DNA of 63,793 bases, filler included, from Piptocephalis cylindrospora (Eukaryota), in the NCBI GenBank assembly GCA_003614145.1. It is 7 parts of 7 records of this genome, joined end to end, with 100 filler letters (N's around TTAATTAATTAA, not from the genome) between each part and the next. Parts side by side here need not be neighbours in the genome. Positions count along the whole stretch, not along the records: positions 9,188 to 18,269 come from KZ988110.1; positions 18,370 to 27,396 come from KZ988111.1; 5 more parts are not named here. The stretch is one strand, 5' to 3'. A program made the translations under genes and the position numbers. This document shows, piece by piece, positions 9,204 to 22,400 of this stretch; position 1 is the first letter of the stretch; each line of letters starts with the position of its first letter. Under the pieces are notes generated by a model that saw only the letters and a program-made list of their open reading frames with translations, ran no database searches and was not told where the DNA came from.

Positions 9204-12200
9204 TTGGCCTTTGAAGCTCAGCTTACCCTGGATCATTTGAATATTCATGTTGTTTCCTTGGACCATCTTCCTCTGCTCCCCGTATTTACTTCTTCAAACC
9301 TTGAGGCTGAAACACCCCCTTGCGTCATTCTATCCCCTAGTGGTCGTTTAGGCACACTCCTTTCTTCTACAGGGCATTCATCTCAGGCTGATGAGGAGGA
9401 TTTATCTACGCTATTGGGAGTGGATCCATCACTGTTGAGGGCCACCAAAGGGGATAGCAACTCCATGTCCTTGGTTCACCTACCTGGTATTGAATCAGGA
9501 TTTTTATATCCATCGGCCTTGCTATTATCTGTATCGGCTAATATATCTCCCCACGCCGATCTACCCGTCTCAAAGAAGCGGTGCGAGCATTCAAGGATGA
9601 CGGCAAGACGGGTCCTGGCGCAGTGTACGGCCCAGGAACCATCCATGGTTCCGGCAGAGGTCATGCCTTCGCCGATGCAAGTCACTCTTTCATTTTCCTG
9701 GCTGGAGAAAGAAACTGAAAAGGCAGATTTGGAGATGGTGGATGAACCTTCTACTGCCCCAGGCGCTATAGAGCGTAATTTGAAAGCGGAGAGACGTTGG
9801 CCATACTCACTGATGGAGGAGGCTAGGAAGGAGGTAGAGCAGCCAGAGGCCCCAGCAACTCCCATTTTCCATGCACCCCTCACCCTTGCTCGACCCTACG
9901 ATTCTGGGAAAATGAAGCAAGGGACATATCCTTTTTCTCCTCAACATCGTCTGATGGCCGACACCTCCATTCCCTCTCGCAGCTCCTCCCTCCACGATCA
10001 CCATGCTTCTCCTTTATCCAATCATTTGGATGCGTCAACCAAGGTTCTCGGTCATTTACAGGGTCATCCTTCGGCTACATCTACCCCCACAGCCACTAGC
10101 CCTTATTCCTCGACACCTTCCTCGGCAGTTGGCTCCCCGGCCGGTACGCACTATCCACAAGCCACTCGTCATCCTTCTATAGGGCCCCTTTCTCTTGGTG
10201 AAGCCCATCCAGTATACAATGGAATGACAAATATGTATGGGTATGGACGGGGAGATACTACCAATTTTGAGGATCCCAAAACCCAATCATCCAATCTTCT
10301 AGGGCAAGATGAAGATGATGTAGGGATGGATGGAGAAGAGATTACCGAGGACGATTTTGACTTTTTCGGCTCTGAGGACATCAGCTCCTCCTTACCAGGG
10401 ATAGATACTTCCCATGAGAATGTTTCAAGGCCGGATTCAACAGCCTTGGAGGGCCGATGTCAATCGGGGATGGCTCAAGAGAACATGGGAATGAGGAGCC
10501 CACCCGGATCTATGGGGAATGGCTCCAAGGCTTCATTGGCCGGGGAGATGGAGGAGGTAAAGAGCGATCCGTTAGAAGGCGGAATTGGCCTGGGTGAGCC
10601 CTTGAGGGCGGGGGGGCCTAACGGTGTTGTCCAGTCTTCGGGTGCTTCATCTTTAGAGTCCACTAGTGATATCCTCTCTACGCCTGTTTCCTCTTATCCC
10701 GCACCTATCCACGAGGGCATAACCAAAGAACCCATTGATCAGGTTGTGTTGGGAAAGAATGCACCTATGTATCGATTGACCGCTGCTTCCAATGAGGATA
10801 TTCCAGGTGCCCAGCCTCTTCCCGAGTCCAGTAGGCCCATTGAGTTCCTCGATACATCCTACCGAATCCGCGAGGAATTGTATGCTCCAGGGAAGGGAAT
10901 CTTTGCCTTTCCCATCAAAGAGAAACTGAGCCAATCAGATCTTCGGCTGTGCCGGCTCACCCTGTTGAATGACAAGAAGAGGAGTGGTGGTCCCCTTTAT
11001 GACGGAGATGAGAAGAGGAGTGGACCTAAAAGGCCCTACGTGATAGATGGTGAAAGGGAGACAGAGGATGGTATGAGTGATGCCAGGGAGAGTGAGGATG
11101 AAGAGACGGATGAGGAGGATTTTTCTCTTCCCGTCCCACGCTGGATGAGCCGGGTATGCAAGAAAAAATTGGGGAAGACTTGTATCTCAGAGGACGAGGA
11201 TCAGCAATTCCAACCTCTTCCCTGGTCTATCCTATTGTCCATGGTTACCGCGAGGGCCTCTGAAGGAGAGATAAATCCTCCTCTCATCCCTGGCCCTGTT
11301 TGTGATGCATACGTGGACCAATGCGCCCTATTCTTGGACTGGGGCAACCCTGCGCACTCCACTAGCCTTACCTTTTTCCGGCAGCCAGGGCACCTTTCCA
11401 CTGTATTGCAGTCTCTGGCACGTCCACGAGGAGCGCTGATGTCGCTGTCCGAGATGGTAGAGTGGAACCCTGCACCTCGGACCTTTAAAGAGCTTAGGGA
11501 TCAATCTGGTGAGTTGACCGGGATGGGAAGACATTGAATCTCGGAAACCTCCCCGTATCATTTCTCTACCATATGCTCTAAAAAGACCTAACATCCATTC
11601 TTCTTTCCCTTTCCCGTCCCATAGAATCCCACTCGGCCTCTTTCAAGTATGGCGGCCGATATATGGTCAGGTCCAGACAGCCGCCACCGCCTGCCTTGGA
11701 GGATGTGGGGGCCGTATCTGTGGAGTTGGAGATGCTTCATGAAAAGTCAGGCATCTCCCTTTCTCCTACAGCTCTTCCCTTTTGGGAGGCGTTGGGCTTG
11801 GAGCCCTGGTCCGGAGCCAAGGATGTAGTAGTCTCCTCTCTTCTCTTTCCGGTTTTCCATGAAGGCCCCGGCGCCTTGACGAACGACGAGGCGTTGGTGC
11901 AAGGCCAGGAAATGCTCCGTGGTATTCAATCCATGTATGAGATGTGCCATCTTGGGGAGCATCGACCGCTCAAGGGCCCACACAAAGGAGTTACCTTGGT
12001 ATCTTTGACAAAGGATTCGCAATCGGTGGAAAAATTTGCTCTAGCCTTGCAGTCAGAGGTCACCATGCTCATGTCTTGCAAGGTGGAATTGCCAAAGCCC
12101 AGGGCCATTGAGGAGGGGAGGCCTACGTGGATGGAAAATCCACGCTACCGAGTCCTTTATCTTCAGCTTCCATCCATGGTCTCGGACACGTGGGACTTCA

Positions 12201-14036
12201 GGGAGATAGACGGCCTGTGCAGAGCTTTTGAGAAAGCGAAACACGCTGCATACTCGCAGAATCCCATTGTCCATGATCGTTTATTGCTTCAGGTAAGGGT
12301 GAAAGGATCCATGCATTTGGATGGGTGTGATCTTAGGCGCTTTTATTGATAATTTATCGCATTTATTCTGCCCTTTATTCTAACTGTCCTGGCTGATTAT
12401 TAGATCCTCCCACCGATCATGGCACCCACATCCTTATTCCATTCTCTGGATGTACGTCGGCGCTGGAGAGATATTGCTATGGCCGTGTATCAGCGTGGAG
12501 GTGTTGGTCTTCCTTGCCTTAAGGTAAGGATCTGATAGGGAGGAAGATGTGAGGATAAAGATGGTCAAAGTAAGACTCATCCTGTCTTTCTTTATTTGGT
12601 AGTCTTCGGAAAAAGTGGAGAAGCGGTGGTATAGTGCTCCTTTAGTCATTGTGAGATCTAAGGAGTCCTTTAAAGATAAGAGAGCGACGCTTGCACTCCC
12701 ACCCCCTAGTTCACGAACCTTGTCAGGAAAATCTCAGGGGCCCATGGCCAGTGGGGCAGATGAGGAGGAGAGTCCTAGACAAGCCCACCTTACTTATGCA
12801 CTCTTGCCGCTAACTGGAGAGGTAGCTGCGGCATGGGTCGATCCCACTGGATGTCTTACGGCTTGGCGTCTACTAAATCCTGATGATTCTCCAAAAAGAA
12901 GGATGAAAGAGAAGACAAGGAGGGATGAGGGTGAGGCGATGGAAATTGAGAATGATAAGCAAGTGGAAAAGGCGGGCCCTGAAGTAGAGGTGTCTGGGTT
13001 TAATGAGGAGAGAGAGGAGGTTACGGCCAAAGAGGAAAGAAGTAATCCTAGAGAAACGGATGCAGATGTTGAGGAAGAGGAGGAGCTGAGTCGAGCAGAA
13101 AAGATGATCGAGTGTGTGTGGAAGGCGACCCAAGAGGTAGTTCAGCATTGGTGGAACGGTCCGGCGCTTTCAGCTGATGAGAGCATGCCAAGAAGGAAGG
13201 GAGAATCACGGCCATCTTATATCCTCTCTATTACCCGTGCGGGAGCGTTGCCGATCACTCATGATGAACTTTGCGCATGGCAAAAGCGGGCATTGGCATC
13301 CAGGAAAGATGGGAGAGTTGGGGGTACGGACCTGAATTTTATCTACTTCCCCCCTCCTCCTCCCCATGACCCTTATCTCTCTAATCAAGGGTTGACTTAT
13401 GCCTGGACTTCGCATTGGCCTCGTCTTCAGGCACTCTATTCTTCGTCCACTGAGTTGACCGATCCATCCATGACTGCCGTTGGAGGGGATGGGATAAAGG
13501 ATACATCTCTTAGTAGCCCTGACACGGATGACCCGTCCTTGGGATCCTCGTCGCTTCGGTGGACCGATGGCAGGAGGATTGGAGGAATTGGGGAATGGGA
13601 GTCTGAGGGCCACATGGCCCTCTTCCTCCCTGGTTCTACGGGGTCGGGAGGGAATCAGCCTCGCCCCATCCCAGTGAATCAAGGAAGCGTCTGGATCCTT
13701 CCCTTGTCGACCGGGACACTCTACTGGGATCGATGCACTCTTGACTCCGTGTCGAATGGAAGGATGGAAAATGAAGCGAAAGGGGGGGCTTTTTCCTGTG
13801 AGGTGCACCTTCTGGCATCCTCTGGATTCACTGGATCTTCGCACACAGGACAGGTTCGGGAGATGGGCAAGGGATTAGATGGAGCGGCGATGACACTCCG
13901 TGGGGCTATTGCTCAATTGCGCGCGCTTGCCTACCTCCCAGGCCCGGGTGTTCCCTCATCCTCTGCGATTGCCCCATGGACCCCAGTGCATTTACGGATC
14001 CTGGAACGGATTGTGAGCATGCGCCAGGCGGAATAA
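9204..14036 (+). CDS. MED13: Mediator kinase-module subunit Med13 (Srb9/Ssn2), multi-exon, 5'-truncated by contig start
   Basis: ISLSPTALPFWEALGLEPWSGAKDV matches the Med13 MID-like region, YEMCHLGEHRP is present, and HLTYAL...AAAWVDPTG and LRALAYL...PVHLRIL match Med13_C. The large disordered region includes EITEDDFDFF. Confidence 0.85.
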
Positions 14037-14202
14037 GGGACCATTACTATTGACTTCATCAACTGATTTGGTTCTTGAAGCTGAAAGAGCACATGGGCCC
14101 CTTGAATTTTCATAATAAGCATGATCAATAAATGTGTATTATTACCCGATGCAGCAAGCCATTGTACTAATGAAGAATACTATGTAGGGATCATGGGTAA
14201 GC

Positions 14203-17200
14203 TCACTCATCCATGAGGATGTCCCGTAGTACAGAGCGATGTCGCATGACCCGGGGAATCCCAGAACTATCCATGGAAATATCACTACGCAGGTCAGGAC
14301 AATGATTATCTGGTACCAAGTCTTTCCCATGAGAAGTCAAGACATCGTGGGGAAGTATGTGAGTCCATCGGGACTCCTGCACAAAGCGCACCAGAGAGCC
14401 TAGCTTCCCATGAGAACCAAGGGTGGGGGTATTGCCGATGAGCAGGAGCTTTCGTTTGGCGCGGGTCAGTACCACATTCACCCGTCGCCAATCCCGAAGT
14501 AAATCGCCTATTTTCCCCTCATCATTTGCACGAACCAAGGAGACGACAATAACATCTTTGTCTCGTCCCTGGTATCTGTCTACCGTTTCAACTTCTACAT
14601 CATGACAATTTTGAGAGGACAAAGAAGCTCTCAATAGCTGTACCTGGGCACGATAAGGAGAAACAAGGCCAATGGAGCAAGCTTGAACCCCTGCTAGGAG
14701 AAGGGCACGCACAATCTATATAAAGTGATAGGGTGAGGGTCTCAGTTAAAGATGTCAGAGGATGATTAGAAGAATGAGCATCGTAAGCAAACCTGACCTG
14801 GATAATGATTAATGCCTCTCCTTCATTGACCATGCCACCCCCAGGGTACTGAGTTTCATGGCATGATGCTCCATTTGTATCGAGGAAAAGAACACGTCGA
14901 CTAAAAGGAAAGGGCAACGGATTGGGGTGAGTGCAAGATGGGATACGATATCATTTTAGGATGGACCTCACCTTGGATCCAGCACTGGTCGTAGCCAACA
15001 GTTCATTCTGGTATCTCGGCATTGGTTAGAGCCTGCATTGGATTCCGGATGAAGATCTCTCATGACACACGCCATCTTGGGAACGTTCAAAGAAAGCTGC
15101 GCCACATCCTCGGACCCACATTGCAGTCTGCCTTGATAGGTAAGGTGGTTGGAGAGATCCATAATGTCCTGGTTCATTCGATACTGCATGCTCAAGGATG
15201 TCATCGCAGATGGATGGGCCTCAGATAGGGCCTGGAAGAGGCTTTGGTCCAATCCACCTTCCCGTGCCTTCGTACTTTGGACCTATGATGTGGTGAAAGA
15301 GACGGCCAGAATGAGTAAGAAAGGTTATGGTGAATTCATGTGGTGGCAAGATTCCCTACCAACGGAGGAAGTTGATGATGGTCGCCCACAAGAACAAATT
15401 TATCGGCACAAAGAACAGGCCCCAAGCAAGTGGGTAGGGTGATCTGAGAGGCCTCGTCCACGATGCAGTAGTCAAATTCACGCTTCATGAACATTGGACT
15501 AGGACGGATAAGAGAGAAAGAGATTGTCATTAAGGATACAAATATTACTCATAAGGAGCCTAGAGCCCCCAAAGACTTACTGGCGAATGCCGAGAGCAGT
15601 TGTGGCTACAATTTGTAAGGATCCGTAGTACTCGGCAGTTTCAGCCACGGACTTGAAAATAGGTGGGCAGAAGAGTTCGGCGCACATTGGGTGTATGGAA
15701 GTTCGTCGTCCGAACCGACCAATAGGTATCTTCAGCCATCTTTCTCTCTTTGACTCCTTTTCCATCCGTTCCCTATCAATGATCTCCCGTAGCTTTAGCA
15801 AGATAGTATCCACTGCACTGTGGGTATAGGCTGTGAGGAGAATGGATTTTCCTTGTTTAGCTAGTTCCCATATGGCATGGGCCACCGTCGTGGTCTTCCC
15901 GGTTCCAGGCATCCCGAGGATCAAGCAGTAATCCTTGCATGCATTGATCATCTCGATGCCCCTCTGCTGATCCTCATTCAACCTACTACAACCACTCTTT
16001 CTTCCAGGATGATCCTCTAGGTCTCGGAACTGAGGAGGTGAGTGCCGGATAATCAACTCTCGGGATCTTTGACAACTAGGAGAAAGGAGGAGTCGCATCA
16101 AATTCCATCGGATTGTCCCAAATCCTAGGGCTAGGGGGTTGAGCTGGAGAAGAAGTGATTCTCCGGGGGCTGCATCCTTTTCTTGAGATAGCTCATGCTG
16201 AAATACCTGACGGTTGGTCTCGTTAAAGTATACATCCCGTTTCCATGGAGATCGAATGGATCGGTCGAGCAGCAGAGTATAAATGTCATCCTTTCCCTCC
16301 TCCTCCCCGGGAAGAAGGCTTACCTTCCCCAAAGCCAGCACCATCCCCGTTTCCTCGCTCACCACACTGATTGAATCCTCTACGGAAAATATCGGCATCC
16401 TCGGTTCTATCTCATTCCCCTCATCTTTCCTCGGGGCTTTCCGGAAGGTTGATCGAAATCGATAATAGGCTCCGACGGCACTTTGTACCAGTTCCGTTGA
16501 TTCCACCCAATGGACTCTTAAGCTTCTGGCCAGTGAAGATACCTTATCCGAGCCAACTTTGCCGGATAGTTCCAAGGGCCAAATCAACCCCGATGCTCGC
16601 TTTCGCCCCTCCTGCTCCTCAAGAGAGAGGAGGTCATCCCAACACCGTAGAAAAGTGATATCCTCTGGCTTTAGATGTTCCGTTAATAAATCATACTTCT
16701 CGCCTAATCCACTCGTCTCCGAAGTTCCTCCTTCATAAGCCTATGGAAATGGTGCGAGAGAGAGGGTGAGTGCGGGTGTTAAAGAGGCTTTATTCCGGAA
16801 GCACGACTTACATGATGGTACAGCATGCATGGACCAAGGGCATGGCAACGGCCGCATATGTGGGGTGATTGGATGACCGGGGGAAGGGAATCACGATGCA
16901 GCATGTGGTGCGCCAGTCTATTGCGCTGAGATAGAAGAGCACGTAATTCTGATAAACTAGACTTGACTTCGTTCATCTCCCCGGTTTCTGTATAATATAG
17001 CAAACCTGCGTGAATTTGGGTTTCTATTCTCATCCGCCCGCCATATCCATAGATGTTGGATGTAGGATAAAGTGAGAAAGGGGAGGAGATAGTGCCCTGC
17101 ATCATAAGGTTATTCCACCATCTAACTTACCTAGCCGGTCAGAGAGTAATAGGGAATAGAGGGCTGTCTGAGCTCGGTGTTCAATGACTTGGGTGGCGCG

Positions 17201-18269
17201 ACCCGTTTTGATCTCCAAAGGGAGGGTCCAAACTGATTCCTTCTCAGGTATTCCAAGTACAGTGGATCGTTCCTGTCGATGGAACTGCACTGTAGCATCT
17301 ACTTTTCCTTTCAAGCCATAGGTAGAAGAAGAGACTGTCTCCTCAATGTCTAGGACTTTCTGGATGCACCCGCGTACTGGAGGACCTCGAAAAAGAGGAC
17401 CTCCACCGCCCAAACGTATAGTGGCCTCAGCCCTTGGGCCTCCTCGAGGATCCGAGGAAAGGTAAGTATCAACCCATTCTTGGATTTTAGGCAAAGCCTT
17501 GACTAGCTCTTCCGCCATATCGGTCTCATTTGTCCCCGCAGCCCAGAGATCCTCCGTGCACCCCTGTACCATCTCCGTAACTTTGAATTCCATGCTATCC
17601 TTTTGTTTTGAGGAACCTTGGGACATCATTCGATCTTGAACCAGCTCATGCAGCAGGGAGCCACGTAGCATGGGGATAGAGGTTTCTCCATCAGCCTTGA
17701 CCCGTTCATCGAGTAAAGTCCTGCGCATACAAGTAAAGCTATTGGCTAAAAGGGTAGTGTTTAGAGTGACTGCGGGATGAAGGATAAAAAAGCCTGGGTG
17801 TGTTGCCGAGAAGGTGTGATGGCCTTTTTTTAGAGCCTCTGGACACTTAATCAGGTGAACTTGGTCTCCTGAATTTAGGAAATGGACTAGAGGATGAGTA
17901 TATGGCATGGGATTGAGGGAAAGGTCTAGTCGAGATGACTTACCTGGTGCAACAATAATGTCTGCCCACTCATCCTGAAGGGTGATTTGCAGAGATCGCT
18001 TGCTCTTTGTTTCTTCTACTATAAACACCTGATGGTGTGAGGTCATACGAGTAATGATGGGAAGGATGGATAAGTGAATGAGCTTAATACTCTTACTAAC
18101 ACTCTCTTGTGTATTTCCTCTGAGAGAAGAAGTACATTCAAGTCTACACTTACCAGAGTTCTAGGACCAGGCGGATCAAGGAGGGTCAAGATACCACATC
18201 GGAGGACTTTCAGTTCCTAGAAAGATTTTCACAGAGGGAAAGGGGAGGATGATACATACATTCATTCAC
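14203..18269 (-). CDS. DNA2: DNA replication helicase/nuclease Dna2, multi-exon, 5'-truncated
   Basis: Nuclease motifs DIEE...[11 protein letters not shown] and PLEIKTG...HRAQTALY. Fe-S cysteines SFTCMRR and CGRC-x5-C. Walker [52 protein letters not shown]. Confidence 0.96.
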
Positions 18270-18369
18270 NNNNNNNNNNNNNNNNNNNNNNNNNNNNNNN
18301 NNNNNNNNNNNNNTTAATTAATTAANNNNNNNNNNNNNNNNNNNNNNNNNNNNNNNNNNNNNNNNNNNN

Positions 18370-20905
18370 GGCCTGGTTTACTCAGCAACGAGGTCATAAC
18401 CGAACGGGATCTAACTCCTCGGTCTCCTCCAACTCTTCTTCTTCCTCTTCTTCTTCCTACTCCTCCACCATGGAAAAAGGAGCCGGAGGATGTGAAGCTG
18501 CCCAGAGGCTTCGGGTGATTCAGGTGTTAAAGCGGTGGATGGACTGGTGTCCATGGGAATTTTCTCCCTCCGAGGCCGAGACCGTGGAAGAGGCTCGAGT
18601 TTCCACTCAGCTTCTCACTGTGACCCTGCTCTTCTCCCACTACCTTCTTACTCAGCCAGGATGCACCGGCGACCATGCCCAGGCTCTCTTGACTCGGTGT
18701 GAGGCCAAGGGCATGATGGCCCAGGGAAGAGGGCAAGGGTCTTCAATCCTTCGTTCTCCTTCCATCGACACCACCCAAACCTCCCTCTCCTCCACCCCGG
18801 TCCGTCCTCTTTCCGGCAGTTATGGGGAAGGGGAGGAGGAAAGGAGTCCCCCTTATGGACCCACGACAAGTCTCCTCTCGGCCCTTACCATCCAATGTGG
18901 GGAGAAGAGCCAAGAAAGGGTACTGCGAGTCAGGGTCTGTATGTTTGATCTGGATATCCTGGTTGACTCCATTGACCCTCAAGTCCTTGGGGTCATTGCT
19001 CTGGATCTTCTCACTGGACAGGAGGAGGAGGAGGATGAGGGGCAAGATGAGGGCTATCCATCGAGCTTTCGAGCAGGACAAGTGCTTTGGCCTGAGGACT
19101 TTACCGGGGATGGGACAAGCGATCCCACTCAGCGTCATTCCCTTAGCGCATGTTCCTCTTGCAAAGGATATACTGCTATCAAAAGGAATGAGAGGCTCAA
19201 GGAAATTGGTCCATGCGGGCATCAGTTAATCCACTGGGCTCATCGGCTTCTGAGGCCCATCAAGGATAACTCCTCCATCTCCCTCCTTCTTATGAAGTGC
19301 AGGAAAAGGTAGGTGGAATGCTCACGGGGCTCTTGATACATGCTGGCAGACCAATGGATGGCTCACACAAATCTATCGCATCTTCATCTCTCTATCCTCA
19401 ATTCACCTAGATTCTCTAGTGTGGATCTAGCCTGTGCTCTCCTCCTCCGCCTACTAGCCCTGAGGATCCTTCCAGATCCTGAAATGCAGGAGGAACGGGA
19501 AACACAAAGGATTTACCTTACTGCCATTGAAGTCTTATATTGCTGGATTGAATGTCGACCCAAGGACATGTACCAAGATCCTCAGTTGGAACCCTTGCTG
19601 ACTGCCATCCTGGGGTATCTACAGAGGGTGTGTCCTGGCGCAGTGGATAGAGCCCAAAAGGCCCTTGATCTCCTCGGATCCACCTCTACAACGGCCTCCT
19701 CTCCAGTTAGCTCCGCTCCCGCCCTGGGAAACCCCTTTTCCCGCCGGCCCTCCCTTGGGTATGGGCCTGGAACCCCCGAGGATTTCGTTCAGCCACTCAC
19801 GTCCGCGGACCCTCAGATCCTGGGCATTGAGTTTATGGAGGCTGAGAGGGTGGCAAGGGCTCTATGTCATCGGGATGCCCGGTACTTTGCTGCCATTCCT
19901 GCCAGGGAGTTTCTCGATGGGCGATGGATGAGGCCCGGAGCCGCACCAGCCCTGACGGCGTGGGCCAAGCGATGGAACAACCTAGTTTGGGCGATGGCTG
20001 GAACAATTCTGAGGAATCCCCAGGCCCAAGATCGAGCCATGACCCTAGGACATATACTCCGGATTGCTGAGGCCTGTGCTGATCCTGAAATACGGGATTA
20101 TGATGCGGCTTTTGCCCTGGTCAGCGCCTGTAGACTCGGGTGTGTCGAGAGGCTCAACCGAACCTGGGCCCTCTTGGGTTCTGACGACATGGCTAGATAT
20201 GGAAGACTATGCAGATTGGTGGACGCCACGGAGAATTATCCGGCGTACCGCCAGGTGCTTGCCGGGGAAGCTGCCACAGCTGGTCCCACCCATTCGGCCA
20301 CCTTCCTCATTCCTCACTTGCGTCTTGTCCAGGTGGATCTTCTACACGCCCAGGAGGGCAACAGATCTGCGTGGGCTCAGTCCCCTGCTGGGGAGTGGGA
20401 ACTCGCGTGGGGTAAGTGGAGGCTTTTGGGGAAAATTCTTGGGGATCTCCGGCTATGGCAGGACTCTTGCGGTCGGATCCTTGATGAGCAAAGGTCCTCC
20501 AGAGCTGCATGCTCCGCGGACGGAGAGGGGATGGGAGAGGGAGATTCGTGGTTGGACACTTGGCTGTCCCAACAGACTGCCCAGCTGGATGAGGACCGAC
20601 TTTGGGAGTGGAGCTATCATCACGAGCCCTCCGCCTCCTCTTCTTCTTCCTCCTCTATCTCCTCTACCATGACCTCTCCCTCCAACTCTCCCTCCTCTCC
20701 CTTTCCCACCACCCCATCTCTGGTGATGGCAGGCGCTCCTTCCCCCATGTCCTCTGCTCCCTTCCTTGGATTTTCTCCAATTGCATCTTCGTCATTTGCT
20801 TCCGTCCTCTCCTCAGAACCTCCATCCCTTTCTTACCCTTCTCCCGGTCTGTCAAAAGTACGGCCCTATCGAGCAAATTCGACTCCTAGTCGGGATTTGA
20901 TCTGA
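18370..20905 (+). CDS. Ras guanine-nucleotide exchange factor (REM + CDC25 domain), 5'-truncated
   Basis: REM-like LRVIQVLKRWMDWCPWEF and IEVLYCWIECRPKD. CDC25 domain FAAIPAREFL...WNNLVWAMAGTIL...AFALVSAC...VERLNRTW...NYPAYR...IPHL..VQVDL. Intron near 19309-19410. Confidence 0.88.
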
Positions 20906-21035
20906 AGGGATGGTATGGGGGCGAACGGGGGGGGGGGGGGGGGGTCCCCTTTGGGCTTTCCCTTTTTTTCCCCCACTACACCCCCCCGTCTCCCCCCCCC
21001 TCCCCCATATGCTCATACCTCACCGTCATCACTAG

Positions 21036-21616
21036 CCGACCTGTCCGTGGATTACCTCACTCTCAAGCCCTCCTACTTCCCCGATGACAATCTGACCGTG
21101 GCAGTAAGATACACAGCCGAGGAGGATTGGTTACCCCCGGGCATGGTGCATGCCAGGCTGGATGACGCCTTTGGGAGCGGAACCCTTGTGCCGGACATGG
21201 GCAGTGCCAGACTCCCGCATGTCCTGGAGGAAGGAGTGCTGTACACGGTGGTGGAGTGGATAGTGCCACACAATCTCTTTGCGCATTATACGCTCGACCA
21301 GCAATTCCGCCTAGTCCTGAGTTACAAGCAGCAATCAGCTAGTGGAGACGCAGAGAAAGAGGAAGTGACGGACCGGGAAATCACACTACAGCGGGTCCAA
21401 GCCGTGCCGGGTGGTCCCTCCCGACATCCCCTCTACCCAGACCAGGGAGTAGGGGGGGAGGGCGTTTCCTTTGTCCCTGCTGCCGGTCAGGAGGGTGGAG
21501 GGTCAGGACGCACGGGGAGGCAGGGGGGGGACCTCTCGGCCGTCAGAGTAGCTGAAGAAGGGGCTGGATGGGCCAGCCATCTTTTTCACATTCTACTTCG
21601 ACACTTTGTCTTTTAA
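21036..21616 (+). CDS. Orphan exon encoding a beta-rich (possibly Ig-like) domain; upstream exon not evident
   Basis: Open frame after a pyrimidine tract and CTAG acceptor at 21032-21035: DLSVDYLTLKPSYFPDDNLTVAVRY...YTVVEWIVPHNL...FRLVLSY. Confidence 0.45.
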
Positions 21617-21938
21617 TGGAAGGATCCCTGATGGGGTTTTTCCGGTAAAATGGTGTGGTAATCGGCTTAGATAGACAACATGTCTCTATGAGGGGGAAAG
21701 GACTAATAGAGACCATGAAATAATACCAGGCCTTTTTCAATGTGACCCCAGTAAAACGTCCCCCTATGATCATCGTATACTGTCAGATTCACATCCGCAT
21801 ACACGGATATCCCTACTTTTTTTATTACCCTTGACACCACCCCTTAGGCAACCTGATGGTCCCCGAGGAGAGAGGAGCAAGTCAGGTGCGTCCAGCCCGT
21901 GGACCCTCGATGGAAAACTGTGGTTGTTGTGATTGTGC

Positions 21939-22400
21939 TTAGGAAAGAAGAGGGGTAAGGGAAAGGAAGATGCCTGTCCCAGCCATCCACCAAGCATTTT
22001 GGAAGGATGCAGGGGCAGCATTGGGAGAGTAGAGTCTCTCTGGGCTTGAGGAGGCGCCCTTGTCTGCTGAAGCTGCCGTCACCTTTTCTCCATCGCCTGC
22101 AGATCTGGTCCCTGATCCGGCAGTAGTGGCCGGAAGGGAGGGGGTGGAATCATGGCTTGGTCCCTTGGAGCCTGCAATTTTTGGGTCCATCGAAGAGGCC
22201 TTGCTGGGATCATTCTGGCCCTGCGCCTTTACGCCCTTGGATTTCTGGAGGGAAGTATTTCTGGATGCCGGGGTAGCTGGAGTGGATGGATGATCCACAG
22301 AATTCTGCGTGGGTGGGATGGCCGCAGCATGGACCATGCCCAGGAAGAGGAAAAGGGCCAAGGACCACAAGATGGTGATCGTAGTAATGGATGGTCGCAT
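21939..22400 (-). CDS. Small Ser/Thr/Pro-rich GPI-anchored cell-surface protein
   Basis: Signal peptide MRPSITTITILWSLALFLFLGMVHA, a low-complexity S/T/A middle, and a C-terminal omega-site region (PNAA) followed by hydrophobic tail WWMAGTGIFLSLTPLLS. Confidence 0.78.
   Translation of the reverse strand: MRPSITTITILWSLALFLFLGMVHAAAIPPTQNSVDHPSTPATPASRNTSLQKSKGVKAQGQNDPSKASSMDPKIAGSKGPSHDSTPSLPATTAGSGTRSAGDGEKVTAASADKGASSSPERLYSPNAAPASFQNAWWMAGTGIFLSLTPLLS

Noticed and set aside
17102..17800. Cas4-like nuclease motifs with Fe-S cysteines
   Set aside because: This is the normal Dna2 nuclease domain; no CRISPR array or cas genes are present.
21680..21715. Hairpin GTCTCTAT...ATAGAGAC as a SECIS for the RasGEF TGA
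   Set aside because: No tandem GA quartet geometry; an 8-bp stem is expected by chance.
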